The position numbers and the translations under genes were made by a program. A stretch of DNA of 63,659 nt, filler included, from Reticulomyxa filosa (Eukaryota > Protista > Foraminifera), in NCBI GenBank assembly GCA_000512085.1. It is 16 parts of 16 records of this genome, joined end to end, with 100 filler letters (N's around TTAATTAATTAA, not from the genome) between each part and the next. Parts side by side here need not be neighbours in the genome. Positions count along the whole stretch, not along the records: positions 1 to 7,283 come from ASPP01008124.1; positions 7,384 to 8,521 come from ASPP01013970.1; positions 8,622 to 17,533 come from ASPP01020024.1; 13 more parts are not named here. One strand, written 5' to 3'. The notes under the pieces were generated by a model. The model did no database searches and was not told the origin of the DNA. It worked only from the letters and a program-made list of their open reading frames with translations. Positions 1-12,700 of the stretch are shown here, in pieces; position 1 is the stretch's first letter, and each line of letters opens with the position of its first letter.

Positions 1-927
1 TGCAATCGTCAATGCATTCATTCCATTGCTCTATCTTCCACATCACACTGCCCGAAAGTGGAATTATTTTCATCTTTCGACTGCACTCAATTCGACATTT
101 AAAAAATAAAAAAATAAAAATAGCAACATTAATATCTACATCATTTTTGTTTTTTTAAAAAAAAAAAAAAAAAACAAAACAGTGGATTGTGTGGCATTAT
201 TTTTAAAGCTTTGGGATGCCATTCATTATTTGCAAATTGCAACTGAAATCTCACGATGTCCCCTTCTCTTGGATGGATCCTTTGTTTTGAATCCTCTCCT
301 GCTTTCCATAGCACTATCTATTAGCACATTTGTCAAATGGTAATCAACATATAAAAAATGACTCCAAAATTTGAAAGCATGTAGCATAGTTGGTCTTTGT
401 GTTCATAAAATTACGCACCTTTTCACGCTTTTCGCTTGGACGAGTGAACAAAGGAATAACTTCCACTATTGATTCCTTGCTTGATACATACACTTTTCCA
501 GAATATAAATCTGGAAATTTCATATCTTCTACTATTATTGTATTGTTTTGATCCATTATATAAGTACATTCCATTTCATCACCAGTTTCGCACCTTAAAC
601 TACTCCATTTTTCATCGTTTAAATCAAGTTCGATTTTTTTACCACACTGTTAAACGTAGGCCATTTTTTTTCTTAGAAAAAAAGAAAACATTTGTTGTGG
701 TTAAGTTTTTGTTTAGGAAACAGTGCGACCTTCAAAAGCACTTCCACAGCGGAAACTTCATTCGAAATCAACACAACTTCTTTCTTTTGCGTATCTTCCA
801 TCCCCTTTTTTTCATCTTCCATGTTTCCTTTGTCTCTATTCAAGGTTTTTTCTTTGTTTGAGGGTTTTTTACTTTTTTTATAAGAAAGTACATTTTCCAC
901 AGTGTCGTCAAAAATGGAGTATGTCAA
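1..927 (-). CDS. Hypothetical protein, multi-exon or frameshifted, 3' end probably running off the window
   Basis: Co-oriented minus-strand ORFs 673..927 and 344..574 with protein-like composition, plus an open stretch near 185-345 (LDYHLTNVLIDSAMESRRGFKTKDPSKRRDIVRFQLQF...). Family not recognised. Confidence 0.35.
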
Positions 928-3140
928 TCAAAAAGATTTCCCTAAACTTTCATTCATTTTACATTCTATATAACTCGATATTTGTTTAACATAAAAAACA
1001 TCAATCATTGTTAACATACATTTTTTTAATATGCAAATACTAGTAAATTTCAGTTCAAAGGTATATCAATATAATCATAATTTTAAACTACGTGTGGTTA
1101 AGATAAAAGATTGAAATGTTATTTAAAATTTGCAATAATTTTTTGAAAATATTAAAAAATTGCAATTTCAGAATCTTTTTTTAATGAACATTTATGAGTT
1201 ACACATTACATTTTACTGATGTCTTTTTTTGTTTGTCGTGCCATTTTTATATTTTGGGTGATATTGCACCCTCGTTCCCTCCCACAGTATATCTTTTTAT
1301 ATTTTTTCAACTTAAAGATTGTTTTGTGTTGTCTTTGAACGGACAGCCTACTTTGGTAAAAAAATGAATTTTTTATTTGGATGCTTTGCATCCTTCAACA
1401 AAAGAAAAAATAAATAAATGATAAATGTGGTAATGCCCCGTCTCCAAAAGAAAACAAATATGTTTGTTATTTATTTATATTTTTTAAAAAAACATCATCA
1501 ATTGTTGTGTGTATGCGATAGCAGTAAAAAAAATTTTTTATATAAAAAAACTTTGTTTGTGTGCATATACCAAAGAACCAGAAAATTGGAAAGTTTTGTT
1601 TTTTAAAAAAATAATTTTGTTTGATAATGTGATAATATAAAAAATGTAAAAAAAATTTGAAAAATTTTCTTTTTTGTTCATACAAAGAAAAATTTATATG
1701 TTGCGACTTGTATGTATACAGATATTAAATTTGAAAATTAAAAAAATGTTGTTATACGCGCAATTGCGTGTGACGTATTGGCGATCTTGCAAACAGTATT
1801 CGTTGTAATAGTCTTCCATATGAAATTTTTTCTCTGTCTGCATTGCAAGACACATATTATGTGTTAATGTTATTTGATTATATGTTAAACTTTGTGTTTT
1901 GTTGCAGAATTACTTAGAAAATCATTGTCATCATAATATGTGTAATTGCATCATGGTGTCGCTTGTTTTAATGGAGATCTTGTGATGTCGTCGATATATT
2001 ATTGGATATGTTTTTTAAGATCAATTCATATTGCTGATTTGATCGTTTTTTGTTTAGACTATTTTTGCAATATCTGCATTATGTCGTAAGAAATTATCTT
2101 TTCTTTTTTATTCGTGTAAAATGTATATACGAAGACTTGTTTTGTGTATTACATGAATTCCATTTGGAAATTAAAAATAAAATAAATGATGAAAAAAAAA
2201 TTGAATTACGAAAGGTTGAAACGCAGTATACGTTTTAAAAAGTTGTTGATACTTGACCAAAAAAAAAATCAAGTGGAACAGTCGCCGCAGTATTTCATAA
2301 AGTGGTTTAAGGAAGCAGACAATTATATCCGCTTTGAGTGCTATGTGTTATGAAAAATTATTCTAGTCACAAAAACCAAACTACGTATTCTCAACCCCCC
2401 TAACCATTCATAGCACCACATTGTCCATATTAAACCGTCCATAGCCACAGTCGCATCATTTTGTGGCAGTCATCATTATAATCCTCAGCTTCTACAACTA
2501 CATTCACATACTCTTGACATAAATCGCCGAATACTCTTTGAGCGTGGAGAACATGACATGTTAGATCATACACAAGCAATTGACATGTTATCTGTGTCAA
2601 AATGTTGAAGTCTCCAAATCGTGCTCGCTGAACATTTGTATTTAGCTATTGAAAGTTATTCTGGCAACAATGCACAAGCGGCGGAAATACTTATAGTCGT
2701 TGCGGACCTTGGTGCATCTAGATAAAGATTATTCAAGTTGGTGAAGAAGATCGAACTGAAACGCAAAAAGGAGTAATGCTGGATGTACGTACAAATACTC
2801 TTTACTTTTTTTTTTGTCTGGGCTATTACTTCACATTGCTGTTGGTCGGATTGTTGTTTGAAATGGGCTTGGCTACGTGACTTGTGTTTCCGTTAGAAAA
2901 TATTTGATGTTTTGGCTTTTTGCAGCGGTCGATTTGGTGTATCAAGAATTGTTTATCTCAAAAAAACTCTGCAAAAGTTTTGTGAAAACTACTTATACGT
3001 GTAATACAATTGATATTTTTTGTTTATCATGTCTTGAATGAACTTAAAAAAACAGTGACTTATGCTTTGGTCAGTGTGGTTTGGGCTTGGTTATCAAAAA
3101 ATCTAAAATATATACTTCACCAGCGAATTTGAAGGAAGTA

Positions 3141-3303
3141 CAGTATGTTGCAAAGAAAACTGAACGCCTAAAACGATACAATATGATGATAATTGATTTT
3201 CTCCATGAAAAAAATTATGTCTAAATGTTGATTTTTCATTGAGAAAATCAATTATCATCATATTGTATCGTTTTATGCGTTCAGTTTTCTTTGCAACCTA
3301 CTG
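3141..3303. mobile_element. Tc1/mariner-derived MITE (163-bp hairpin, 72-bp TIRs, TA target-site duplication)
   Basis: Left arm 3141-3212 and the reverse complement of right arm 3232-3303 match at 69/72 positions, with a 19-nt loop. Ends are CAGTA...TACTG, flanked by TA at 3139-3140 and 3304-3305. Termini resemble those of the DD34E element at 40700-41606. Confidence 0.88.
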
Positions 3304-5443
3304 TAGTTGGAGTTGGCGATTTTTATGTCCAAAATGACATATATGATATTTGTTACGTAAGAACAGCAACAGTATATCGTGACAGGAAATTTGCACATTT
3401 GTTGTGATAGCGATTTGTGACAAGTTTTGTTGTTAACAATTTTTTTTGTACCAAGTACACATGAAGAAAGAAATTTCTTTTGGAAGAATCCTTTTTGGAG
3501 ATTCTCAATGCAAACTGTATATTCGAAGAGAATCTTTGTCACAAATTTAAAGTAAAAATACAACTAGTAACCAATAGGATTTATGATGGATTTTTTAATT
3601 GAAAACTGAAACAATAAGCGCAATACGCATACAAGTCAATGATATCTTATTGATTGTATTTGTGGTGAATGTGTTTGAGATTTGGTATTTCTATGCATCG
3701 AATGAATACTGAGCTTGTTGCTTTGAGCAATGACAACAAAATCAATTAATTTCGATTAGACAGTGACGTCGTTTGCTTCGAGAAAAGTACTAAAACTCAC
3801 AATTTGCTTTGTAGTATCATTTGTATTTTTGCCCATATTGCAGTTGATGTAACCCTTTCAAATGTCTGTTGCAAATCATATGCTCAGAATTACATTATTT
3901 TGCAAAAAAAACATTACACCAAAAAAAATGTTGCTTTTTTAGTATTTGACTTTTATATCTTTTGAAAAGAGCTAAAGTAAAAATAATTTTGTATATACAT
4001 AGAACAAATCACATACTATCTTCATATATGTTATACTATATTATATATAGTATTTATTTGAAAGGTTATACATTCAATTTTTTTAACTTGCTTTTACATT
4101 ATGACTTTTTTTTCTGTAATAAAAATTTTTTTATTAAATTTATATCAAATTACTGTAGAAGCAGTAAGATTGAAAGATCATGTGCAAATGAAAAATCCAG
4201 CAATTGAAAAGAAATAATCAAATGACTATGGTGCTATGTGTCGTTGCCAAACGTTTTATCAACATGTATTATTGTTGCTTTGCAACTATTTACTGGTCTT
4301 ATTGTTCGTTTGGCTGTTACTGTCATATAATGGAATATCAAACAAAATGAACAATGAACAAAGTGCCTGATTTCATTGCTTTATCTTCGTGGAGTTTGAC
4401 CGCAATTCTCATTGCTTGTATGAGTTCTTGGAGGCTGCTACTTTGATCACGTGATTCTATTTGCATTCACGCAACCAAATGCCGACACCTAACCAAAAAC
4501 TTGTCTCAATGTTCACAAGATTGAATCCAAAATAACTCGTGCTTCTAAGCTGATGTCATCTTTCTAAAGAAGCAGTTTTTTTTAATATATTTTTTTTTGA
4601 AAGTTTTGTGATGTCAAAACTTGTGTGAGCAAAGTTTGTATGGTGCTCAATATCTGTCAGAAGGAGAGTTCGATTTTTTAAAAGAAGTTGGATTTTGTTT
4701 AAAAAATTTATGAAAAATTATAGTGTCACTGTCATCTTCAAACTATCTTACTTTGCAATTTCTCTATGTCAAAAAAATACATTTGCGTTCTGAGAATCAT
4801 CAAGGGTTTTTTCATCAAAAAGATTAGAAATGTGTTGTTCATGAAATTTTAGATGGCCTCCCTCTTTTCTAGTGATATAGAGTATATTTATTTTTCAATG
4901 ATTAGGCATACGCTTTCACAGATAGTTAATTGAATTATGCACGCGGGGAAAAAACTAAACAAACAAACAAAAAAAAAACTTAAAAAGAAGCAAAAACATT
5001 GAAACACAAAGGACGTCGCAAAAAAAAAAAATCATAGTTAAAAACGATTCACTTACAAAAACGCCCCCTCACAACTATTCTCAAAGTCAACAATTGTCAA
5101 CATAAGTAATTTTTTTTTTGTTTATTCATTTCCTCTTGTTCTTTTCTTTGATTTCTTCCATTGAATTGGATTCACACATTTTAGCCCCTAATTATTTTGT
5201 CAATCCAAAAAAAACCCATACAAGTGTACTTAAAAGTGACAAAATGAGCCAAAAAAAAAGATCCCCATGTTAGGGGTCAAAAAAAGAAATTTTTATAGGA
5301 TTGTTGAAAAAAAGAAAAAATGTTGTTTTTTTTTTGACCCATTTGATTTTTTTAAAAAATAAACTCTAATTGTGTGAGGGTCATGTTTTTTTTTTGGATT
5401 GGAAAAAGGAGAGAGAAAAACATGAAGAGAAACAATAACATAC

Positions 5444-6298
5444 GTTTTTAAATTGTTAAGTCTGGCTTGCAAGTCGGCATCAACATCGTCTTCTTTTTCT
5501 TCTTGCTTTGCCTTGGCTTTGATGGGGGCGTCGACGAGTTTTTCATTCCATTCCAAGCCGACATCATCCATTACTTTTTGTATCAATTCATCTTCTTCGT
5601 CGCTGTCGTGTTCCATCACGTCATCCATTGCTTCGTTTATCATTTCTTGTTTCATTTCCATCTTCTCACTTTCCATTGCATATTTTTGCAAAGATGCCTA
5701 AAAAAAAAAAGAAATAAAAAAAGTGCATTTTTATAAAAATTTTTAAAAAAAGGGGGTAAAAAAAAGTGTACGTTTTTTTAATTTTTTAAAAAAAAGAAAA
5801 AAAAAAAAAAACTCACAACCCTCCCATCTTCCCCCTTTCTCTCTTTTTCTTAACTTGCAATTCGGGCAGTTTGACTTGATTGGCGACCATGACCATAGTT
5901 CTTGAGACAGACCTCATTGACTTCTGCAATTGAGCGGTGGCTGCCATACTATCCATTTGAGCTGACAATGATCGCAACTCGGCTTTTAACTTAATAAATT
6001 TCGTTTGGCTCTCTTTCATTCGCACTATGTCTTTTGCCAAATGTCTTACAGCTTGCACTTGTCCTTCTTTTGCCAATCTTCTCATTTCTTGTTCTGCTTT
6101 GACCTTGTTTTGTTTTTTTTTTGTATTTTTTGTTTTTTAACTATTCGTGAACGGTGCCGAGTTTAGAATTTTTTTAACTTGTTCTTTTTTGAAACGGTTC
6201 AATTCTCTATCTAGTTCACGAATGGATCGGTTAATTATTCGTTTTTGCTCTCGAATAATCTGTTTTACTGTCTTCTTATCACCCAAAATGTTTCCCAT
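5444..6298 (-). CDS. CHMP2: ESCRT-III subunit CHMP2/Vps2 (Snf7 family); exons 6298-6179, 6103-5855, 5697-5444, short last exon unresolved
   Basis: MGNILGDKKTVKQIIREQKRIINRSIRELDRE...VRHLAKDIVR...ESEKMEMKQEMINEAMDD...DADLQARLNNLK (MIM1-type tail). GT-AG introns join the exons in frame. Confidence 0.93.
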
Positions 6299-6558
6299 TG
6301 TATTGCTTGTTATTGAATCAAATAGTTCAAACTCCGCAAAAAAAATTTAGAGGTTCACTTTACTTGTTCAGAACTTTCCCCCCTTTCTTTTTGTTTGAAG
6401 ACTCCAAGAACACAATTAAAGTTTCACTTTATGCTTGTGAAAAATAGCATATTTTCGGGCGCACTTGAGGCTATTTGCACTTGCAGCATACAAGAAACAA
6501 CAACTTGAAAAATAGAAAATCAACTTAGACAAATCAAAAAAGTATAAAAAAATTTGCA

Positions 6559-7160
6559 ATGATAAACACTTACGCTTATAACCAAAGAGGTTTTGTTGAA
6601 GCAACAAACCATGGGAGAGAAAGGAGAATAGACAAAGAAAAGCCAAGCCGTGTGGATGATATAACTCCAATGCTTCATAAAGTAAGACAACAGAAAAGGA
6701 ATAATGTACCAGGGATAGCTTCTTCATTTCCAACGCAACCACGAAATATTTATCCAACTGGAAGCACAAACAATGCAGAGCCCGGAACAAACGGGTATAG
6801 CTGGCGAAGCTTACGATTAGCGGAAATGACTAGTGAGCACTTGAACCCAACAGTATTTTATCGCCCACAGACAACATACTCACCTCAACTCCCAAATCTG
6901 ATTCCAAATACAGTCCCAAGTATACCGACCAACATAAATGGCAATGTAAACACAAGCATAAATTCAATAAGCAGCATAGGGATGAGCACAAACATAAATG
7001 GAAATGGCAATGCGCACGCACATGTATCGAGCATGTCCAATGTAGACACACAACTATTGAGTCAAAGCAATGGACCAATGCAGCGTTCATTGGACTACAC
7101 GACTGCAATTGAGGAACAAGCCAAGCAGTGTGTCGCTAGTTGTGTGGATTTCTTTTCAGA
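6559..7160 (+). CDS. Hypothetical N/S/T-rich protein, 5' part (truncated by contig end)
   Basis: 207-aa ATG-started ORF divergent from CHMP2. It runs into a probable intron (GAG|GTTAAC) and a poly-A tract before the spacer. Confidence 0.5.
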
Positions 7161-7238
7161 GTTAACCAAACTTTTTTTTTGAAAAAGGGGGAGGGCACAA
7201 AGGAAGGGGGGGGGGAGGGAGGAAAAAAAAACTCTAAA

Positions 7239-7282
<44 letters not shown>

Positions 7283-7283
7283 A

Positions 7284-7383
7284 NNNNNNNNNNNNNNNNN
7301 NNNNNNNNNNNNNNNNNNNNNNNNNNNTTAATTAATTAANNNNNNNNNNNNNNNNNNNNNNNNNNNNNNNNNNNNNNNNNNNN
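7284..7383. other. Artificial contig spacer, first of 15
   Basis: 44 N + TTAATTAATTAA (stops in all six frames) + 44 N. Identical spacers at 8522-8621, 17534-17633, 20298-20397, 21978-22077, 24738-24837, 25970-26069, 30807-30906, 43307-43406, 46804-46903, 52696-52795, 54751-54850, 57980-58079, 60649-60748, 62101-62200. Confidence 0.99.
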
Positions 7384-7421
<38 letters not shown>

Positions 7422-7424
<3 letters not shown>

Positions 7425-8521
7425 GCAGTAGTGTCGACCTGGCTATCGATTATATTAGGTACAAAGGTGGCATTGTCGCCATTGGTATATGCGATCGACG
7501 CGTGTGTGAGCACGGTATGTTTGCGACTGTCGTTTACATATTACGAGCACGAGTTCCGCTGGTGTTGTGGACTTTGCTTTCTATGCTGCGAGCGTCCTTG
7601 CATGAGATGGTTGGGTCTGGACGAGCGATCAAGTGAGAGTGTGAATGCACTGCATCCCAACAACAACAACAACAACAACAATAACGCGCCACTTCCGTCA
7701 TCAGTTCGTCGCAACTCGCAAGTGTTGGTGTTATGTCCGCAGCCATTCAACACAGCTACGAATGCAAATGCGAATGCAAGTACAGATATAGATGGAAATA
7801 AAAACACAAACACAGACATAAAGATGACACCATCGTCGTCTAAACCCGTTACTCCTCATGAGATCCCGTCGGAAAATGACCATCCTCGAAAGAGTGACAT
7901 CACGCCGACTCCTTCTATTCTCAATCCCGTGGCATCACCTCCACCTCTACCTCGATTGTCATTACAATTGCAAGTATCATCCTCCTCTTCTTCTTATTAT
8001 TCTTCTTCTTCTTCTTATTCTTCTTATTCTTCTTCTTCTTGTTTCGTCCCTTATCAATCTGTCATGACTTATCAGCACCAGGATAACAGTCCAAGCACTT
8101 CCATCAAAAGTTTGTTTTATTTTTTATTTTATGTTGTGTTTTGTTTGGCTGGAAGGAATAATAAGTCTTTTAAAGTTATGTCTGATATTGCGCGATACAG
8201 AACATCAAATCTCCTCTCTCGGTATCGTCACGAGATACTTTGGCACCGCCGACAAAGCCACTGCACCGGAAGACTCAGAATGCAATCGCGAGCTGCTGCG
8301 ACGGCCGTCCGAAGGTACGGGCGCCACTGCGCTTGTCTTACTGGCATCACAGTCCGTTGACGATATGTCCACGCCCAAACCGGGTTTGGCCTCAGTCTCT
8401 TCCTCTCCCCGTCGCGGACTCGTCCCGCAGACCGCTGACAACGAACTAGAATCCGAATCCGGACACGGATTTGGACCTGAAACTGAAACTGAAACTGAAA
8501 CGGGGACCGGAACCGGAACCG
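7422..8521 (+). CDS. C-terminal part of a 7TM/GPCR-like membrane protein with a long low-complexity cytoplasmic tail (partial)
   Basis: Hydrophobic helices ending 'LVYAIDACVSTVCLRLSFTYYEHEFRWCCGLC', similar to the last helix of the 33839-34789 protein ('LSIDGFINGLLMIATF...LC'). Followed by poly-N, poly-S and ET/GT repeats. Confidence 0.45.
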
Positions 8522-8621
8522 NNNNNNNNNNNNNNNNNNNNNNNNNNNNNNNNNNNNNNNNNNNNTTAATTAATTAANNNNNNNNNNNNNNNNNNNNNNN
8601 NNNNNNNNNNNNNNNNNNNNN

Positions 8622-10050
8622 ACGTTTGGATAACAAATTGGAATTTTTTGTTTGTGTAATTGAATGTCCACATTAATGTTATCATTTCGATGGATTTGTG
8701 CGATATAAACGCCAATATTTGGAGAATCAATGGCAATGATATGAGAGTAGTGACAATGTTTGGATGATAGTGGCACTGCGTTGAGGAAATACCATTGCAT
8801 ACAAGTCGACTTTGTCGATTTGTGTATATATTGCGCAGATTGCGTAGTGCAATTGGACACAACGCCTTTGCAGAATGAGAGCTTCTTTTGCACAGCAGAT
8901 GGTGGGCATCACGACTGACTTGCTAGTCAGATGCGTTATGCACCATCCATCATATTTGCGCAAATAGCGCTCTTCATTCATTTCAAATGCACATACCGAA
9001 CAATCTGGCAATGACGAATGACTTTAAATCACACTTTGTGCCACAAATGCAGCCGGTCAGAAATTGTGTCAAAGTCGGTATCGTCATTTGCCAGCGTCCA
9101 GTTTACCAATTGCATAGCAAACAGCAGCAACTCTTTCCTGCGTTATCGTTTGATATGTACAATTTCTTTATTATTATTTTTTAAAAAAAAAAGAAAAAAA
9201 ACTTAACATTGCAGAATTGGACAAATGATGGAGATAATCCTATGCTCGGTCTTGCTGTTGACACAACACGCACGCTTCATTTGATTGTTGCGTTTTTGTC
9301 AATATTCAAACTTCGCTATACGCCAATACAATTCTGTTTTTTTAAAATCAAATATATCATATATGCAATCATTTCTCCACCTTATTGTCACTTGATAGAA
9401 GTAAACATACTTTCTTTTTTCTAATGTACAGTTTTTATTTTGCGTATACTTTTTTTTTTGTATACATATTTTTTTTATTATGATATTTTTTTTTTCATTT
9501 AATCTTTCTATTAATGTTGTTTACCTGTGTGACATTGTTTTGAATGTCAATTTGAAAAAATTCGGCGATGCACCCGAAGTTGATCGTAATATATTCATTG
9601 CCGTCATTTTGATCTTGCAATGCTTTGTATTGGCCAACATCATGCTAGGGGGAAAACGTATACTTTCGTTTTCTAATACCATCGACCCCTTGTTGAAAAT
9701 TTCCACAGATGATAAGATTGTCAATTTGTAATTTTGTGGGCATTGCACACATTTCCATGTTTTCGATATCGACATGTAGTCGAGATAGTAGCTGACCTGT
9801 GTATTCGATGATGATGACAATGTGCACATATTGTTATAGTGATTCGAATATGTTTGTGCGTTCGTCGCGTTTTTGTTTGAATTGACTGTATTTGCACTCG
9901 ATACAACAAGGAGTGCATTTAATACATGCATTGCCACCAATATCAACGCAGATTTCATGCCTCTGCAAAACAACCAAAGCTGTTGATTCATCTTTTTTCT
10001 TACGTTTGCCCCCTCCACTCCTACGGATAATGAAACGGAAAGACATCAAA
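8622..10050 (-). pseudogene. Degenerate type-II membrane protein, family A copy 1
   Basis: N-terminal hydrophobic segment (SALILVAMHVLNALLVVSS) and shared motifs NFQQGxDxIRKRKYT and QRRC with the copy at 14580-16060. Similar intron positions; stops and frameshifts. Confidence 0.55.
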
Positions 10051-10319
10051 TGGAGCCATTTTAAGAAATAAAAAAGTTTTGTGTAGAAATACCGAGTTTA
10101 TTGAGAGTGTGTAATTTGTTGTACTTTTTTTATATACATTTATCATGCTTTAAAATAGGCAAAAAAGTTAGTGTTTTTCATTTTAAAATTCTTTTCAAGT
10201 TAATCCAGTCTGATCACATAAAAAGGCTGAACGGATAAAATCTCCAATAAAAAAAAAGTCAAATGAAAGCAAAAACAAATATTTCACTGCTTTCTGACAT
10301 AAAAAATGTTCATATCTCA

Positions 10320-10700
10320 TCAGATCATTGTAGTGACATCGTAGGATTGCCTTATTGTCTGGTCATGTAAGGCAATAGCAAATATTGACAAAACTTCTTT
10401 TGATTCGTTCGACGTGTCAATATGGTTAATACCAAAAGTATATATGGTACACAATATACAATTTTTTGGCTTCTCTTTGTTTAAAAATTTGGATAAATTA
10501 TAAATGAACAAATATGCCCATTCAGGTGATATTTTTTATTGAATTCGTCATATTGACAAAAGAAAAAGTGTTGGTCCCCTTTTTTAAAAAAGGAAAAATT
10601 GCTCAACCAATTGTTCGCCAAAAAGAAAAAAACATCATCCGTTACTTCATTCCATTCAAGCGACTGGTTTTCTCTTACACTTCCAATCATGTGCTGTAAG
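10320..10700 (-). pseudogene. Degenerate family B fragment (3' part; possible glycosyltransferase)
   Basis: Similar to 11340-11520 and 16420-16690 (e.g. ENQSLEWNE vs ENLRSYEWNN; CTIYTFGINHID vs CIMDTLAFNDIS). Confidence 0.4.
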
Positions 10701-11339
10701 TCTCGCAGTTACAAAAAAAAGGCGCAAATACGCACTTAGGTCTCAATTAAATAAAAATTCTTTTAAGCTAGAAACACAACTTTGATAAATAAAACTATAC
10801 TTCGATGCAAAATGCAACCTTCTTTTCTCAAAGGCACAACAAATCGCAGTATTTCATTTATAATTTAAAATTAAGGGGAAAAACATAAGTGCAACATTTC
10901 TCACATTATTTTTCTTCGAATAGTCTATTGCTTACAGATATGAATTGAAATAAACTTTCAGATATAAATATCAATTCAAAAATAATAAAACATGTAAAAA
11001 TCCAATTTGATAAAATTTTTAGTTAAAAAAAACTCTAGTGTTAACAAACAAGGTGTGAAAAATCGCGTAACAGTAAAACGAAAGGACGGCAAACGAGCAA
11101 TAAAGTCACTTAAGATAAAAACAAAAAAATTTGTGGCAAACGAATATATTTATAAAATGTTAAATAGATAGCAAATTATTTACAGAATGTCGGGTTGATT
11201 GGAAAATACAATTCGCTACGTTTTGTATGATTCATCATAGAAAAAGCTGCCCTTTTTTTAAAAATCCTTTTCACAAAAAAAGACCGAATTAATTTTAAAA
11301 AAAAAAATCCAATCAAAAAATTAAATGAAAAAAGTGTCC

Positions 11340-12700
11340 GTGTTAAATGTTTCAAGTTGTTCAGAGCCACCAGCCACGCAAAGACACCCACTAACGATTG
11401 ATTATACAAAACAACGGCAAAGTTTTTGTATTCTTTCGACATGTCAATATCATTAGAATGCCAAAGATATCTATGGTAAATATACAATTTTTTTGCCTTT
11501 GGAATTTGGAGAAATCGCATTCCAATATCTGCCTATGTGTTTGTGTAAATCACAACCGTTTTACACTTTATTTTGTTTTTTTGATTGTGAAGAGAAAATA
11601 GACCATCTGAAAAAAATTGATTACTTTTTGATTTATGGGAAAGTGAATGAAATATGAAACGCATCAAAAAGGTACCTGTACAGATTCGATCTCGTGTAAA
11701 TATGCTTATCATCATCCCACGTGTTCCAAAGCACCACTTAAGATAAAGATTGTTCTTTGAACCAAGTAATAATGGACCGGAATTTTAACAAGGTTCTTGA
11801 AGAACTCAATGTTCGACATGCTTTTCCACTGGTGATCATAACCTCGATAAAGTAATGGTCCATGCATTTGAGGATCGAAACCCTCATTTCCTTGGTTTTT
11901 TCGGTAATGTGTTCCGAGGTCGTGGTAGCTGTATTTGATTTGCTTCTGCTGATAACAATTACATACCTTGCAACAAAGATTGAACGATGATAACGCAATT
12001 GAAGACATCTTTGGCAGCAACTGACAATAAGCGAAGAAGAAGAAAAGGTATATTTATACAATTGTGGTCCCAAGAATAGATCAAGGCATCGACGTCATTT
12101 CAAATGCCCAATGATGGCAATAATGACAAACGGAGCCAATAGAAATGGCAATCGATCGGAAGCCAGTATTTATGGACATTAATACAATGATTTGACCATT
12201 GTTTAATGTGTTGAACTACCGTTGTGCCTGAGCATTAATTGAGAAGAAAATCGACGTGGAATGATAGACCACACGTGTACGTACAATGGCAGGACTATTC
12301 GTGCATTTGGAAAAATGGAGCGATCTTTGAAAACGCATGCATTATTTCAAGTAGAACAATGTCTCCTTGAAAAAGATTCATCAATTTGTATTTGACTGAG
12401 TGACAGATGGTACTTCTGGTATTATGGACGCATCGATATTGTTTCTCGATACAATCTCTTTTATATTGATAATATTCGCTATCGTTGAGGTTATTTGTCA
12501 TGGAATAGTCACTATATTATCATTTGCACGTCAAATCTTTTTTTTAGTCTTTGCAACGTCTCCGCTCTTGCTAAGATAGCAGTATTTGCTCCAATATTTT
12601 TGCACATACTCTTCTTCATTTGCAGGTTCCATCATATACGCCACCTGTGGACTAACGTATTCTGGTTTTGTAAAAACAACAAACAACAAATTAGTTCAAG
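11340..12700 (-). pseudogene. Degenerate family B copy (possible fucosyltransferase-like glycosyltransferase)
   Basis: Broken coding segments (GFDPQMHGPLLYRGY; DKHIYTRSNLYRYLF; CKTVVIYT) with clear DNA similarity to 16800-16970. The functional call is weak. Confidence 0.4.

Noticed and set aside
1700-4560. Fragments of decayed coding sequence, some hydrophobic and 7TM-like, around the MITE
   Set aside because: Too degraded to assign boundaries or family with support.
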